From assembly GCA_003345555.1 (NCBI GenBank), contig PRDJ01000071.1:1-6070 (forward strand): a DNA stretch of 6,070 nt, in the 5' to 3' direction. Positions within the stretch are counted from its first letter, which is position 1. Each line of letters opens with the position of its first letter. The notes under the pieces are model-generated. The model searched no databases. It was not told the origin of the DNA and was given only the letters and a program-made list of their open reading frames with translations. Of the stretch, positions 5,360 to 6,070 are shown piece after piece. Source of the stretch: Candidatus Thorarchaeota archaeon (lineage in GTDB: Archaea > Asgardarchaeota > Thorarchaeia > Thorarchaeales > Thorarchaeaceae). The translations under genes and the position numbers were made by a program.

Positions 5360-5956
5360 CTATGCCCTCAATATCCAGCTGACCAATTCAGCTGTCATGG
5401 GGTTCTCCTTCATGAATTCATCGCGATAAGCCCTGTTCTTGAAGTCCAGCCAGATGTTCTGGAACCCGGCGTCGAATCCCACGATTCTCACAGCTGATTC
5501 TATGGGTTTTGGCCGAAACGCTGCAATTGATAGAATGAACGATGCAATTGCTAAGATCACTACGCCATACACCCAAGCATCACTTGTTTTCCCCAACCAT
5601 AGGTTGCTACCTAGAGTCAGAAGAGCAAATGTGAGTGCGACTATGGAAAAACCGTCAGCAAGCATACAGAGCATCTTGTAGCGACAGTAATCTTCGTCTG
5701 AATACAGGTGGTCCTCGCACACAGGAATCAATAGTGTTCTTGTTTCAGGAAGAGAGAGTCCCGTCTGCCTCCTGAGAGCTGGGTTATACGACGGGTCCCA
5801 GATAGGTCGTAGATACTGTCTCCTTCCGGGTGCCACAGTAACCCGAGTAAGATGCAGGGCTGCAGCTCCGCACACAGGGCATTTCTTGGGGAATCTAATC
5901 CTATCAACCGCAACCCGGACTACCGGTTCATTGAATACTTCTCTTCGCGTACTCAC
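5360..5956 (-). CDS. Hypothetical membrane protein with a split CxxC...CxxH putative zinc site and two TM helices, 198 aa
   Basis: GTG start with GAGGT (5963-5967) 6 nt upstream. C26-P-V-C29 and C80-E-D-H83; hydrophobic segments at ~95-121 and ~127-147; C-terminal FKNRAYRDEFMKEN. Confidence 0.85.
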   Translation of the reverse strand: MSTRREVFNEPVVRVAVDRIRFPKKCPVCGAAALHLTRVTVAPGRRQYLRPIWDPSYNPALRRQTGLSLPETRTLLIPVCEDHLYSDEDYCRYKMLCMLADGFSIVALTFALLTLGSNLWLGKTSDAWVYGVVILAIASFILSIAAFRPKPIESAVRIVGFDAGFQNIWLDFKNRAYRDEFMKENPMTAELVSWILRA

Positions 5957-6070
5957 ATGCCGACCTCTTGACGGCCCTAGTTAGGTGTTGAGCTGGGTGG
6001 TAGATTAGCCTGTCGAACCGAGCCAGTAAACGACCCATTCCGATGCTCTGGTGTGACCAAGGCTGACGAT

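Noticed and set aside
5297-5913. ORFs 5297..5497, 5439..5681 (+) and 5728..5913 (-)
   Set aside because: Shadows of the 198-aa membrane protein gene.
5953-5958. ATG-TGA start-stop overlapping the GTG start of the 198-aa gene
   Set aside because: The GAGGT spacing (6 nt to GTG, 4 nt to ATG) fits GTG better, given 7-8 nt at the other genes. It may be incidental or a one-base indel in ATGGTG, and there is no evidence for regulation.
967-6015. AGCCTGT heptamer recurring in four intergenic regions (967, 4216, 5212 minus strand, 6008)
   Set aside because: Orientation and distance to start codons are inconsistent. A rough count suggests a four-fold 7-mer in ~1 kb of intergenic DNA is not clearly above chance.

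Overview
Gene-dense archaeal-looking window (about 50% GC, GAGGT(GA) ribosome-binding sites, TATA-like boxes), probably from an anaerobe. The style of the hypothetical proteins suggests Asgard/Thorarchaeota, but that is a guess. It holds eight protein genes: the 3' part of seryl-tRNA synthetase (+, runs off the left edge); a YbhB/YbcL (PEBP) protein (-); a rubrerythrin/ferritin-like di-iron protein with no rubredoxin domain (+); a 426-aa uncharacterised protein that reads as a (beta/alpha)8 barrel (-); a lone ECF transporter S component (-); a class II superoxide reductase-like protein (+); a ~106-aa possible OB-fold protein with a basic tail (-); and a 198-aa CxxC...CxxH two-TM membrane protein (-). 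I found no RNA genes, CRISPR array or mobile element. The best leads are (i) the 426-aa barrel, which looks like a distant, Cys-cluster-less U32-like protein next to a vitamin-type ECF S component, and (ii) a 19-bp pseudo-palindrome (GSCA-GTCTGA-N5-TGSC) just downstream of the TATA box of both iron/oxidative-stress genes. All family calls come from motif recognition by eye, not from database searches.
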